From a candidate division WOR-3 bacterium (GTDB taxonomy: Bacteria; Hydrothermota; UBA3073; JACQXS01), in the NCBI GenBank assembly GCA_023129235.1, contig JAGMCN010000013.1, positions 1-48,626 on the forward strand: a stretch of 48,626 nt of DNA, given 5' to 3'. A program made the position numbers and the translations under genes. Positions 1-7,585 of this stretch are shown here, piece after piece (within the stretch, counting starts at the first letter, position 1; each line of letters begins with the position of its first letter). The notes below the pieces were generated by a model, which ran no database searches, had not been told where the DNA came from, and saw nothing but the letters and a program-made list of their open reading frames with translations.

Positions 1-1089
1 TGGTTCCAGCACTCATTTTTGCTTTCAATGACTAATGAGGAGAAATCTTGCTTTAAGTCTGTTCTTACTCATGGGCTTATTCTTGATAAGGAAATGAAGA
101 AAATGTCCAAATCGCTTGGGAATGTCATATCTCCGATGGGCATAATTGAGAAACAAGGGGCAGATATTTTGAGACTTTATTTCTCGGCACTTGATTATAC
201 CTGCGATGTGCCATTTGACCCCGATGGACTTGAATCAGCTGTCACAGCTTACCGAAGAATTCGCAATACATTTAAGTTCTTGCTCGGCAACCTTTATGAT
301 TTTGAAACAAAACTCCCTTACGATGAATTGCTTGAGCTTGACAGGTTAATGTTACACAGACTTGCATTACTTACAAAAAAGGTCAACCTTGCTTATGAAA
401 ACTTTGAATTCTATAAAGTTTATCATAGTATCTACAACTACTGCACGCTTGATTTATCAAAATTTTATCTTGATATATTGAAGGACCGACTTTATACTTA
501 TGGCAAGAATTCTTTGGAGCGAAGAAGCGCCCAAACAACATTATATGAAATTCTATTGGCTCTTGTGAAACTTGTAGCACCTATAATTCCTTTTACCGCA
601 GAGGAAGTTTGGCAACATATAACTCTCAACTCGCAACTCATAACTCATAACTCAAAGAGTGTGCATCTTGAGTTACTCCCTGAAGCCAATCTTGAATGGA
701 TAGACGAAAAACTTGCCAAAGACTATGAGCTGATAGAAGCTATACGGGATGATATTCTTCTTGCACTTGAATCTGCAAGGAACAAAAAACTCATCGGAAA
801 TACACTTAAGGCAAAAGTAACGTTATGGACTAAGGATAAAAGCACGAGGGACTTTCTTCAGCAGAAACTGCCGAACTTACCGAATATTTTCATTGTCTCG
901 CAGGTAAATATTGATAAAGTCCCGGAGATGTCACACCTCAAGAAAGTAGATGCATTTATTGATAAAGCAGAAGGTGAACGATGTGAGCGATGCTGGATAT
1001 GGTCTAAAGATATCGGACTATCTTCAGAACACCCAACACTTTGTCCCAAGTGTATAAATGTATTAAAGGAGGATAATTATGAATGCTAA
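1..1089 (+). CDS. ileS: Isoleucyl-tRNA synthetase, C-terminal part (5' end lies outside the window)
   Basis: The frame is open from base 1. It has the KMSKS motif (KKMSKSLGN), anticodon-binding-type sequence and a C-terminal zinc knuckle (CERCW...CPKC). The classic ileS-lspA neighbourhood is present. Confidence 0.95.
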   Translation, partial: WFQHSFLLSMTNEEKSCFKSVLTHGLILDKEMKKMSKSLGNVISPMGIIEKQGADILRLYFSALDYTCDVPFDPDGLESAVTAYRRIRNTFKFLLGNLYDFETKLPYDELLELDRLMLHRLALLTKKVNLAYENFEFYKVYHSIYNYCTLDLSKFYLDILKDRLYTYGKNSLERRSAQTTLYEILLALVKLVAPIIPFTAEEVWQHITLNSQLITHNSKSVHLELLPEANLEWIDEKLAKDYELIEAIRDDILLALESARNKKLIGNTLKAKVTLWTKDKSTRDFLQQKLPNLPNIFIVSQVNIDKVPEMSHLKKVDAFIDKAEGERCERCWIWSKDIGLSSEHPTLCPKCINVLKEDNYEC

Positions 1090-1438
1090 AAAACTTGAAT
1101 ATTTTAAGAAACTCCTGCTTGCAAAAAAAAAGGAACTTGAAGATGAATTGGGTGAGCTTGAAGTGAAATTTAATGTCTCGCAACAAGACTCTTCCTCCGA
1201 CCTCTCTTCTCATCCAACGCATGTGGCTGATATTAGCGGAGATGCAGAAGATAGGGAATCTCGCTCTTGTTTAATCACTTCAATGGTTGAAGAACTTGCT
1301 CAAGTCAACCGTGCTATTAAAAAAATATATTCTGACTCCTATGGGATTTGCGAAAAGTGTAACTCCAAAATATCGCCGAAAAGGCTTGAGGCAATCCCTT
1401 ATGCAGAACTTTGTATTAAATGTGGAAAAAATTCTTAA
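1079..1438 (+). CDS. DksA/TraR-family C4 zinc-finger protein
   Basis: 119 aa with a charged helical N-terminus and C-terminal CEKC-N17-CIKC. It overlaps the ileS stop by 11 nt. Confidence 0.8.
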   Translation: MNAKKLEYFKKLLLAKKKELEDELGELEVKFNVSQQDSSSDLSSHPTHVADISGDAEDRESRSCLITSMVEELAQVNRAIKKIYSDSYGICEKCNSKISPKRLEAIPYAELCIKCGKNS

Positions 1439-1872
1439 CGCTTTTGCACGGCATTCTGCGAACCAGAATCTTCTGGATAAGTCTAATTGTCCTTGTTGCA
1501 GACCAATTAACGAAATTCTGGGTTTGGAAAACCAACGCAAATGTGTCAGTTATTGGAGATTTTCTGAGAATTACTACCACTCAAAATCCTTATGGAATTT
1601 TTGGGCTCCGTTATAAAATCCCTATTCTCCCAATTACCGGCCTTGCGATTTGTGCAATCTTTATAATATTATATAAATCTAAACTGCTTCCGCTTTCTCT
1701 GATATTAGGAGGAGCAATTGGAAATTTTATAGACCGTATAAGAATCGGTGCGGTTATAGACTGGATTGATATTGGGGTAAATAACACCAGATGGTATGTC
1801 TTTAATATTGCAGATGCAAGCATAACTATTGGAATCCTCTGGCTCATCCTCAAGGAAATAAAAAGAAAGTGA
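1420..1872 (+). CDS. lspA: Lipoprotein signal peptidase (signal peptidase II)
   Basis: 150 aa with 4 TM segments. Conserved LTK, GGAIGNFIDR and FNIADASI motifs are present. Confidence 0.9.
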   Translation: MWKKFLTLLHGILRTRIFWISLIVLVADQLTKFWVWKTNANVSVIGDFLRITTTQNPYGIFGLRYKIPILPITGLAICAIFIILYKSKLLPLSLILGGAIGNFIDRIRIGAVIDWIDIGVNNTRWYVFNIADASITIGILWLILKEIKRK

Positions 1873-1897
1873 AAAATTCTAAAATGGATTTAGAAAT

Positions 1898-1989
1898 AAC
1901 CACAAAGGCTCAAAGACTCAAAGGTCACAAAGTTTCTAAAAATTATTTTTCGTTCTTTGTGTTCTTCGTGCCTCTGTGTCTTTGTGGTT
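1898..1989. repeat. Imperfect palindromic word-repeat element (AACCACAAAG ... CTTTGTGGTT termini)
   Basis: Left arm is aaccacaaag gctcaaag actcaaag gtcacaaag. Right arm is ctttgtg ttcttcgtg cctctgtgt ctttgtggtt. The 10-nt termini are perfectly complementary. Confidence 0.7.
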
Positions 1990-2018
1990 AAAATTTGTAG
2001 TTTAATCAGGAGGATATT

Positions 2019-3707
2019 ATGATGGTAATGCGTAAATTGAGAAAAAAGATGAGAGTATTTCTTTGGTTTGCTATCGTTGTATTTGTAGCTGGAATGACTG
2101 CTATGATGGTGGGGGACGGAGGACGAAAACCTACTCCAACAGAACAAGGAAAAGTTGGTGAAATTTACATAAAACCTACTTCTGCTTGGCAGAAAATTAA
2201 GAGCTGGACCCGCAAAGAGAAAATACCTCTTTCTTATCGGGACTACTCAAATCTTCTTGAACACTACAAGAAACAGGGAATCCCAGCCTGGAAATGCAAG
2301 AACCTTGCTTTCAGCACGCTCGTAGAAGAAGTTTTAGTAACTCAGGAAATGAAAAAGAGAGGAATTGAACTTACAGATGAAGAAGTTGTTGAAATCATTA
2401 AAAATAATCCACCACCTGAATTATTACAGGATACTCTTCTCCTCACAAATGGTGAGTTTGATTATAATAAATACCTCGCTATTATATCTGACCCATCGAA
2501 CATTAGATGGCTCCAGTCTTATGAACTTCTGATAAGAAGTCAGGTGCCAAGAGAAATCCTATATCAAACTATAACATCAGCGGCAAGACCTACAACCATT
2601 GACCTTATTGAAGCTTATGCTCATTCCCACTTGAAACTTACACTGGAATACGCATTAATCCCCAATCCCCAATCCCCAATCTCCAATCCCGAGTTACTGG
2701 AATATTACAATACTCATCAGGATGAATTTATGCTTCAAGAGGAGCCAATTATAAATTATGTTGTCTTTCAAGTCCCAATATCCGCAGAAGATGAAGATTA
2801 CACAAAAGAAATTGCTCAGGAGATTGCAGATTTTGCTCAGGAAGGTGCTTCCCTTGATAGCTTGGCAATAGAATACGGCTGTCAAATCATACAAACTCAT
2901 TCACGATTCACGATACAGGGTTCACGATTCACGAAAAAAGACGATGGATACCATATAATAAAGGAAGAGAAAGAATTGATTTTACCTATCCGACCGTCTG
3001 ATGAAAGCTTCGTTCTCACAGAAGATAAAGCATCCGATTTTATATCTGCCGCTAAATCTGATTTCCTCTCCACCGCAAAATCTTATGATTTAGAAGTCCA
3101 TAAAGGTACGATTTCCGAACTGCCTATCCCTGCTGACCTCTCTTACATTAACCTTGCTGAAAAAGATAAAATTATAGGTCCCATTGAAGGACATAATTGC
3201 TTTTATGTCCTTCATACTCTTGGAATACAAGAATCTCCTGTTCCGGAATTCTCTACCCTATCCGATAAAGTGCGAGATAAATATTATCGCTCCAAGGCAC
3301 AAGAACTTGCCCAAAAACTACTTGACAAAATAACGGGTAGGTTGAAGCCCTCGCTTCAACCTTTTAGGGAAGTCTTACAAGCTAACGGATTTCCTGTTGA
3401 AACCCGGGAATTTTCGGTAGGGGCGATTTATGAATCGCCCTTGTTCGCAGAATCCCGTGGACAGGAGATTTTCCTCAAAGCTTCAAATCTTCCCGAGAAC
3501 GAGACTGGAATTGTGTCAACCGAAGATGGCATTTATCTCGTTCACTGCTTAAAGCACGAAAAACCAGTTCAAGAAGAAATTGAAAAAGCTATCCCTGAAG
3601 TGTATCCCGACTGGATAAAAGAGGAAAAGGAAATGATTTACGAAGAGTGGCTTGCGAACCTAAAAACATCTGCAGACATAAAAGACTACCGATACAAAAT
3701 CCACTAA
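2019..3707 (+). CDS. PpiD/SurA-N-like periplasmic chaperone, membrane anchored
   Basis: 562 aa. The N-terminus (MRKLRKKMRVFLWFAIVVFVAG) is a signal anchor typical of PpiD-like proteins. An AGGAGGA RBS lies 4-7 nt upstream. Two nucleotide-repeat insertions sit inside the gene (see findings). Confidence 0.5.
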   Translation: MMVMRKLRKKMRVFLWFAIVVFVAGMTAMMVGDGGRKPTPTEQGKVGEIYIKPTSAWQKIKSWTRKEKIPLSYRDYSNLLEHYKKQGIPAWKCKNLAFSTLVEEVLVTQEMKKRGIELTDEEVVEIIKNNPPPELLQDTLLLTNGEFDYNKYLAIISDPSNIRWLQSYELLIRSQVPREILYQTITSAARPTTIDLIEAYAHSHLKLTLEYALIPNPQSPISNPELLEYYNTHQDEFMLQEEPIINYVVFQVPISAEDEDYTKEIAQEIADFAQEGASLDSLAIEYGCQIIQTHSRFTIQGSRFTKKDDGYHIIKEEKELILPIRPSDESFVLTEDKASDFISAAKSDFLSTAKSYDLEVHKGTISELPIPADLSYINLAEKDKIIGPIEGHNCFYVLHTLGIQESPVPEFSTLSDKVRDKYYRSKAQELAQKLLDKITGRLKPSLQPFREVLQANGFPVETREFSVGAIYESPLFAESRGQEIFLKASNLPENETGIVSTEDGIYLVHCLKHEKPVQEEIEKAIPEVYPDWIKEEKEMIYEEWLANLKTSADIKDYRYKIH

Positions 3708-3734
3708 CCCCGCTCAGGATAGCATTAAATCCTT

Positions 3735-3848
3735 AATCTGTAATCTACGTCCGCGTCCATCTGCGTTATCTGCGGGGAAAGAAAAGCTTTTTATCTTTGT
3801 GCGCTTTGTGGTTTAAAAATATTATATCTGTAAAATCTGTGGTTGCGG
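3735..3848. repeat. Word-repeat array (ATCTG/GCGT words, two ...GTGGTT ends)
   Basis: Sequence reads aatctgtaatctacgtccgcgtccatctgcgttatctgcgg ... ctttgtgcgctttgtggtt ... atctgtaaaatctgtggtt. It is the reverse-orientation vocabulary of the 39317-39429 element. Confidence 0.5.
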
Positions 3849-3855
3849 TTTTTTC

Positions 3856-3883
3856 TTGACTTTATTTTGAAGCATCTTAAAAT
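3856..3883 (+). promoter_or_regulatory. Putative sigma70 promoter for serS (TTGACT-16-TAAAAT)
   Basis: -35 at 3856-3861 and -10 at 3878-3883, about 50 nt upstream of the serS ATG. Confidence 0.4.
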
Positions 3884-3933
3884 CTATGCCAACACGCAAA
3901 CACTGGCAATCGGATTAAACGGATTCAACTGAT

Positions 3934-5190
3934 ATGTTTGATATAAAATTTATAAGAGAGAATATAGAGCTCATTAATCGTGGCATCAAAGAAAAGGGCG
4001 AAAGTGTTGACATCAATAAATTTATTAAACTTGATGAGAAAAGAAGAAAACTCATAGGAGAAATAGATGATATAAGGAGAGAGAAGAAAAAACTCTCTCA
4101 AGATGTAGCTCAGCTCAAAAGAGATGATAAGGATGCCTCTCGGTTGATTGGCGATTCAAAATCCTTGTCAGAGAAGGAGAAAAAGCTGGATAACGAGCTG
4201 CAAGATATTAACTCAGGCATTCAGGAGATAATGGCAGGCATACCGAATTTAGCACACCCAGATATTCCTCGCGACAAGGAAACTGTGGCGCAGGAGTATG
4301 GAGAGCCGAAAGAGTTTGACTTCAAACCTCTCGCGGCAGAGAAGCTTTGTGATTCACTTGGGATACTTGATTTTGCTCGTGGTAGCAAAATAGCCGGCAC
4401 GAACTTTCCTTGCTACCTGGGACTTGGTGCAAGACTTGAGAGGGCATTTATTAACTTTATGATTGATTTGCATACAAAACAGGGATATACAGAAGTATTT
4501 CCGCCATTTCTTGCGAATCGGAAATCGATGTTCGGGACAGCTCAACTGCCAAAGCTTGAAGACGATATGTATTTTATCCCCCGAGAGGAGCTTTTTCTAA
4601 ACCCAACCGCAGAAGTTCCACTTGTAAATTTGCACCAAGACGAGACTTTGAAAGCAGAAAAGCTACCGATTAAGTATGTTGGATATGCCGCCAGCTTTAG
4701 AAGAGAAGCAGGTTCCTATGGCAAGGAGACACGGGGATTGAGGAGAGTTCATCAATTCAATAAGGTGGAACTTATAAAATTCACATCGCCCAAGAATTCT
4801 TACGAGGAACTTGAGTCAATGCTGAAGGATGCAGAGGAGGTTCTGAAGCTGCTTGGGCTCAGGTATCGTGTGCTGCTTCTTCCCGTGAAGGACTTGAGTT
4901 TTGCATCAGCCAAGACATACGACATAGAAGTCTGGGCTTCTGCAAGTCAGGAGTGGCTTGAAGTGTCTTCTGTAAGTAATTGCGAGAGTTTTCAAGCACG
5001 GCGAGCAGGGATTAGATTTAAAGAAAAAGGCAAATCCTCAAAAGAATTTGTTCATATTTTAAATGGTTCAGGAGTAGCAACCCCACGTACATTTATTGCC
5101 TTGATAGAGCAATATCAAGAAAAGGACGGGAGCATCAAGTTGCCAGATGTCCTCATCCCGTATATGGGCGGGATAGATAAAATCAAGTAA
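3934..5190 (+). CDS. serS: Seryl-tRNA synthetase
   Basis: 418 aa with an N-terminal coiled-coil arm and a class II core (FRREAGSYGKETRGLRRVHQF, GSGVATPR). Confidence 0.95.
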   Translation: MFDIKFIRENIELINRGIKEKGESVDINKFIKLDEKRRKLIGEIDDIRREKKKLSQDVAQLKRDDKDASRLIGDSKSLSEKEKKLDNELQDINSGIQEIMAGIPNLAHPDIPRDKETVAQEYGEPKEFDFKPLAAEKLCDSLGILDFARGSKIAGTNFPCYLGLGARLERAFINFMIDLHTKQGYTEVFPPFLANRKSMFGTAQLPKLEDDMYFIPREELFLNPTAEVPLVNLHQDETLKAEKLPIKYVGYAASFRREAGSYGKETRGLRRVHQFNKVELIKFTSPKNSYEELESMLKDAEEVLKLLGLRYRVLLLPVKDLSFASAKTYDIEVWASASQEWLEVSSVSNCESFQARRAGIRFKEKGKSSKEFVHILNGSGVATPRTFIALIEQYQEKDGSIKLPDVLIPYMGGIDKIK

Positions 5191-5210
5191 TGGAGAGAAA
5201 GGAGGGAAAA

Positions 5211-5699
5211 ATGAAGAAGTTTAGTGCTATGCTATTATATGTTACTCTTACTTCTTCTTTGACTTATGCGCAGAGTAGCGTCACAGATAATCCCATTGTG
5301 GGGCCGAATCAAATAGTTATTACTGGTGGGTTTATGGTAGCAAACTCCTTGATTGGCGGAGAGGCAGAACTTTGTCTTAACAACCGTTTAGGCATTGAGT
5401 TAGGAGTAGGATTTATAGGGGCAGGCGGAGGGGTTAATCTTCATCTCTACACCACAGAGAAAGACGATTATTACTTTAATTTGGAAGGAAAGTATATGCC
5501 TGTCCTTGGTTTTTTACCTGCAATTGAGTTCGGAGCAAGGTCATTCTTTGGTGAATCAAAAAAATTTGGATTAGGAGCAGAAATTGGAATAGGAATTCAT
5601 ACATCGGAAAGCAGCTTTACGGTGGGTTCTCAAACATATGAATTTCACAAAGGAGATTCTATGTTGACATATTCTTTGGGATTGGTTGTTAATCTTTAA
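5211..5699 (+). CDS. Small secreted / outer-membrane beta-barrel-like hypothetical protein
   Basis: Start moved to the ATG at 5211, which follows AAGGAGGGA. It has a signal peptide (MKKFSAMLLYVTLTSSLTYAQ) and a Gly-rich alternating pattern. Confidence 0.45.
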   Translation: MKKFSAMLLYVTLTSSLTYAQSSVTDNPIVGPNQIVITGGFMVANSLIGGEAELCLNNRLGIELGVGFIGAGGGVNLHLYTTEKDDYYFNLEGKYMPVLGFLPAIEFGARSFFGESKKFGLGAEIGIGIHTSESSFTVGSQTYEFHKGDSMLTYSLGLVVNL

Positions 5700-5710
5700 T
5701 ATAAAAACTA

Positions 5711-6424
5711 ATGGAGAGAAAAGATAAGCGAGCATCAGATGAGCTGAGACCAGTAAAAATAGAGAAGGATTATCTTCGGCATCCCGAAGGAAGCTGTCTT
5801 ATTGAGCTTGGCAGGACTCAAGTTATATGCTCGGCTACTGTTGAAGAAAGGGTCCCTTTTTTTCTGAGAGACAAGCGGTGCGGGTGGGTAACTGCGGAAT
5901 ATGGAATGCTTCCACGAAGCACAAAAGAGAGAATTCAGAGGAACCGCACATCCGGCAGGATTTATGAGATTCAGAGAATTATTGGCAGGGTTCTTCGGAA
6001 TGTAACAGACCTTGATTTTATGCCGGGGTTCACGATTGCAATAGATTGTGATGTTATTCAAGCAGACGGAGGGACACGAACTGCCGCAATAACTGGCGGA
6101 TATGTGGCTCTTTACGATGCCTGCCAATATATGTTGTCTCAAGGGTTAATTGACCATTCGCCAATCCGGGAAGCAGTGGCTGCTGTGAGTTGCGGCATAG
6201 TTAATGGAACTCCAATTCTTGACCTTGCTTACGAGGAAGACTCGCGTGCAGATGTAGATATGAATGTCTCTATGACAGAGTCTGGCAAGTTTGTTGAAAT
6301 TCAAGGAACTGGAGAAGGAAACGCTTTTACTCGCGAGGAACTTGACGCAATGCTAAAACTCGCAGACAAAGGAATAAACGAATTAATCTCAGCCCAGAGG
6401 GAAGCACTTTTTTTGAAGCTATAG
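5711..6424 (+). CDS. rph: Ribonuclease PH
   Basis: 237 aa with RASDELRPV, EGSCLIELG, and DCDVIQADGGTRTAAITG motifs. Confidence 0.95.
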   Translation: MERKDKRASDELRPVKIEKDYLRHPEGSCLIELGRTQVICSATVEERVPFFLRDKRCGWVTAEYGMLPRSTKERIQRNRTSGRIYEIQRIIGRVLRNVTDLDFMPGFTIAIDCDVIQADGGTRTAAITGGYVALYDACQYMLSQGLIDHSPIREAVAAVSCGIVNGTPILDLAYEEDSRADVDMNVSMTESGKFVEIQGTGEGNAFTREELDAMLKLADKGINELISAQREALFLKL

Positions 6425-6428
6425 AGAG

Positions 6429-6821
6429 ATGAAAGAATATACTTCTGCTGGACTAAAGGCTAAACTCCCAAAGATTGAATGCTTCCCCAGTCAATTCAGA
6501 GATTATGAAATTACACATATCATTCCTGAGTTCACTTCACTGTGCCCAAAAACAGGTCTCCCGGACTTTGGAACCATAACCATAAAATACATTCCAGACA
6601 AATTATGCATAGAGCTTAAGTCCCTTAAGCTATATATAGGAGCTTATCGGAATCTCGGCATCTTTTACGAGAACTCAGTGAATCAAATCTTGAAAGATAT
6701 AATTAAAGCATCCAAGCCCATTAAAGCAGAAATAACAGGTGAATTTAACCCCCGTGGCGGAATCAAGTCCGTTGTCCGAGCAACTTACCCAGATAAAAAA
6801 ATCTTGCCCATTTTACAGTAG
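6429..6821 (+). CDS. queF: NADPH-dependent 7-cyano-7-deazaguanine (preQ0) reductase, type I
   Basis: 130 aa with EFTSLCPKTGLPDFG (catalytic Cys) and the IELKSLKLY motif. Confidence 0.9.
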   Translation: MKEYTSAGLKAKLPKIECFPSQFRDYEITHIIPEFTSLCPKTGLPDFGTITIKYIPDKLCIELKSLKLYIGAYRNLGIFYENSVNQILKDIIKASKPIKAEITGEFNPRGGIKSVVRATYPDKKILPILQ

Positions 6822-6867
6822 TAACAAGAGCTTACTTAAATACTTTTCGGTTTTTTAAATTTTTTCC

Positions 6868-6895
6868 TTGACAGATTTAAATTTGGCAGTATTTT
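6868..6895 (+). promoter_or_regulatory. Putative sigma70 promoter of the TetR gene (TTGACA-16-TATTTT)
   Basis: -35 at 6868-6873 and -10 at 6890-6895, immediately followed by the palindrome at 6901-6925. Confidence 0.4.
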
Positions 6896-6900
6896 ATTAT

Positions 6901-6925
6901 TAGACTATTAAACTATTTTAGTCTA
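6901..6925. promoter_or_regulatory. Candidate TetR operator 1 (TAGAC-N15-GTCTA)
   Basis: Inverted repeat tagac-tattaaactatttta-gtcta. The arms and spacing are the same as the site at 7538-7564. Confidence 0.55.
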
Positions 6926-6926
6926 T

Positions 6927-7523
6927 ATGTCTAATAGCAAGGAAAGGATGAAAGAAGATAGAAAAGAGGGTATTATTGAGACTGCGCGAGATCTTTTTGC
7001 ACGATTCGGTTTCAAGAAGACTACCGTTGACGATATTGCCAGAGCTATCCACATGGGGAAAAGCACAATCTACTATTACTTTGAAACCAAAGAGGATATT
7101 TTTAAGGCAGTGATAGAAAGGGAGAGCAAATTCTTAGCTATGAAAATCAAGAAAGCTGTAGACAAAGTAACTTCTCCTGTGGAAAAACTGCGGGTATTTA
7201 TACTAACAAGGATGCAGTGTCTCAAGCAGTTGGCTAATTTTTACAGTGTACTTAAAGATGAATATTTAGAGCATTACCCGTTTATTGAGAAAGTAAGGAA
7301 GAAAGACTTTGAAGAAGAAATTGAAACTATAAAAACCTTTCTAAAAGAAGGAGTGGAAAAGGGTATTTTTGCTATCAAAAACCCACGATTGACTTCCTTT
7401 GCAATTGTTACCGCCTTAAAAGGATTAGAGTATCCTTTGACAATAGAAACCAAAACGGCAGATATCAAAAGAAACGTTAATATCTTATTAGAGACTCTAT
7501 TTAACGGGGTAAAAAAGAGATAA
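6927..7523 (+). CDS. TetR/AcrR-family transcriptional regulator
   Basis: N-terminal HTH (FGFKKTTVDDIARAIHMGKSTIYYYF). The ATG at 6948, preceded by GGAAAGG, may be the real start. Confidence 0.9.
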   Translation: MSNSKERMKEDRKEGIIETARDLFARFGFKKTTVDDIARAIHMGKSTIYYYFETKEDIFKAVIERESKFLAMKIKKAVDKVTSPVEKLRVFILTRMQCLKQLANFYSVLKDEYLEHYPFIEKVRKKDFEEEIETIKTFLKEGVEKGIFAIKNPRLTSFAIVTALKGLEYPLTIETKTADIKRNVNILLETLFNGVKKR

Positions 7524-7537
7524 ATTTTTTGTCAAAA

Positions 7538-7564
7538 TTAGACCCAAAAACCAATATGGTCTAA
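7538..7564. promoter_or_regulatory. Candidate TetR operator 2 (TTAGAC-N15-GTCTAA)
   Basis: Perfect 6-bp arms, 22 nt upstream of the radical SAM ATG. It overlaps plausible promoter hexamers (TTGTCA at 7529-7534, CAATAT at 7552-7557). Confidence 0.6.
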
Positions 7565-7585
7565 TAATCTATAAGGAGGTGTGTT

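Noticed and set aside
1890-2147. 85-aa minus-strand ORF (His/Ser-rich) across the 1898-1989 element
   Set aside because: It is a translation of the word repeat plus antisense of the PpiD-like N-terminus, and is not credible as a gene.
3708-3933. T-box or other riboswitch leader upstream of serS
   Set aside because: I saw no specifier-loop or T-box consensus (AAnnnGGGTGGTACCGCG-like). The region is made of the same word repeats plus a promoter.
6425-6428. preQ1 riboswitch upstream of queF
   Set aside because: Only 4 nt separate rph and queF, so there is no room for a riboswitch. queF is co-transcribed with rph.
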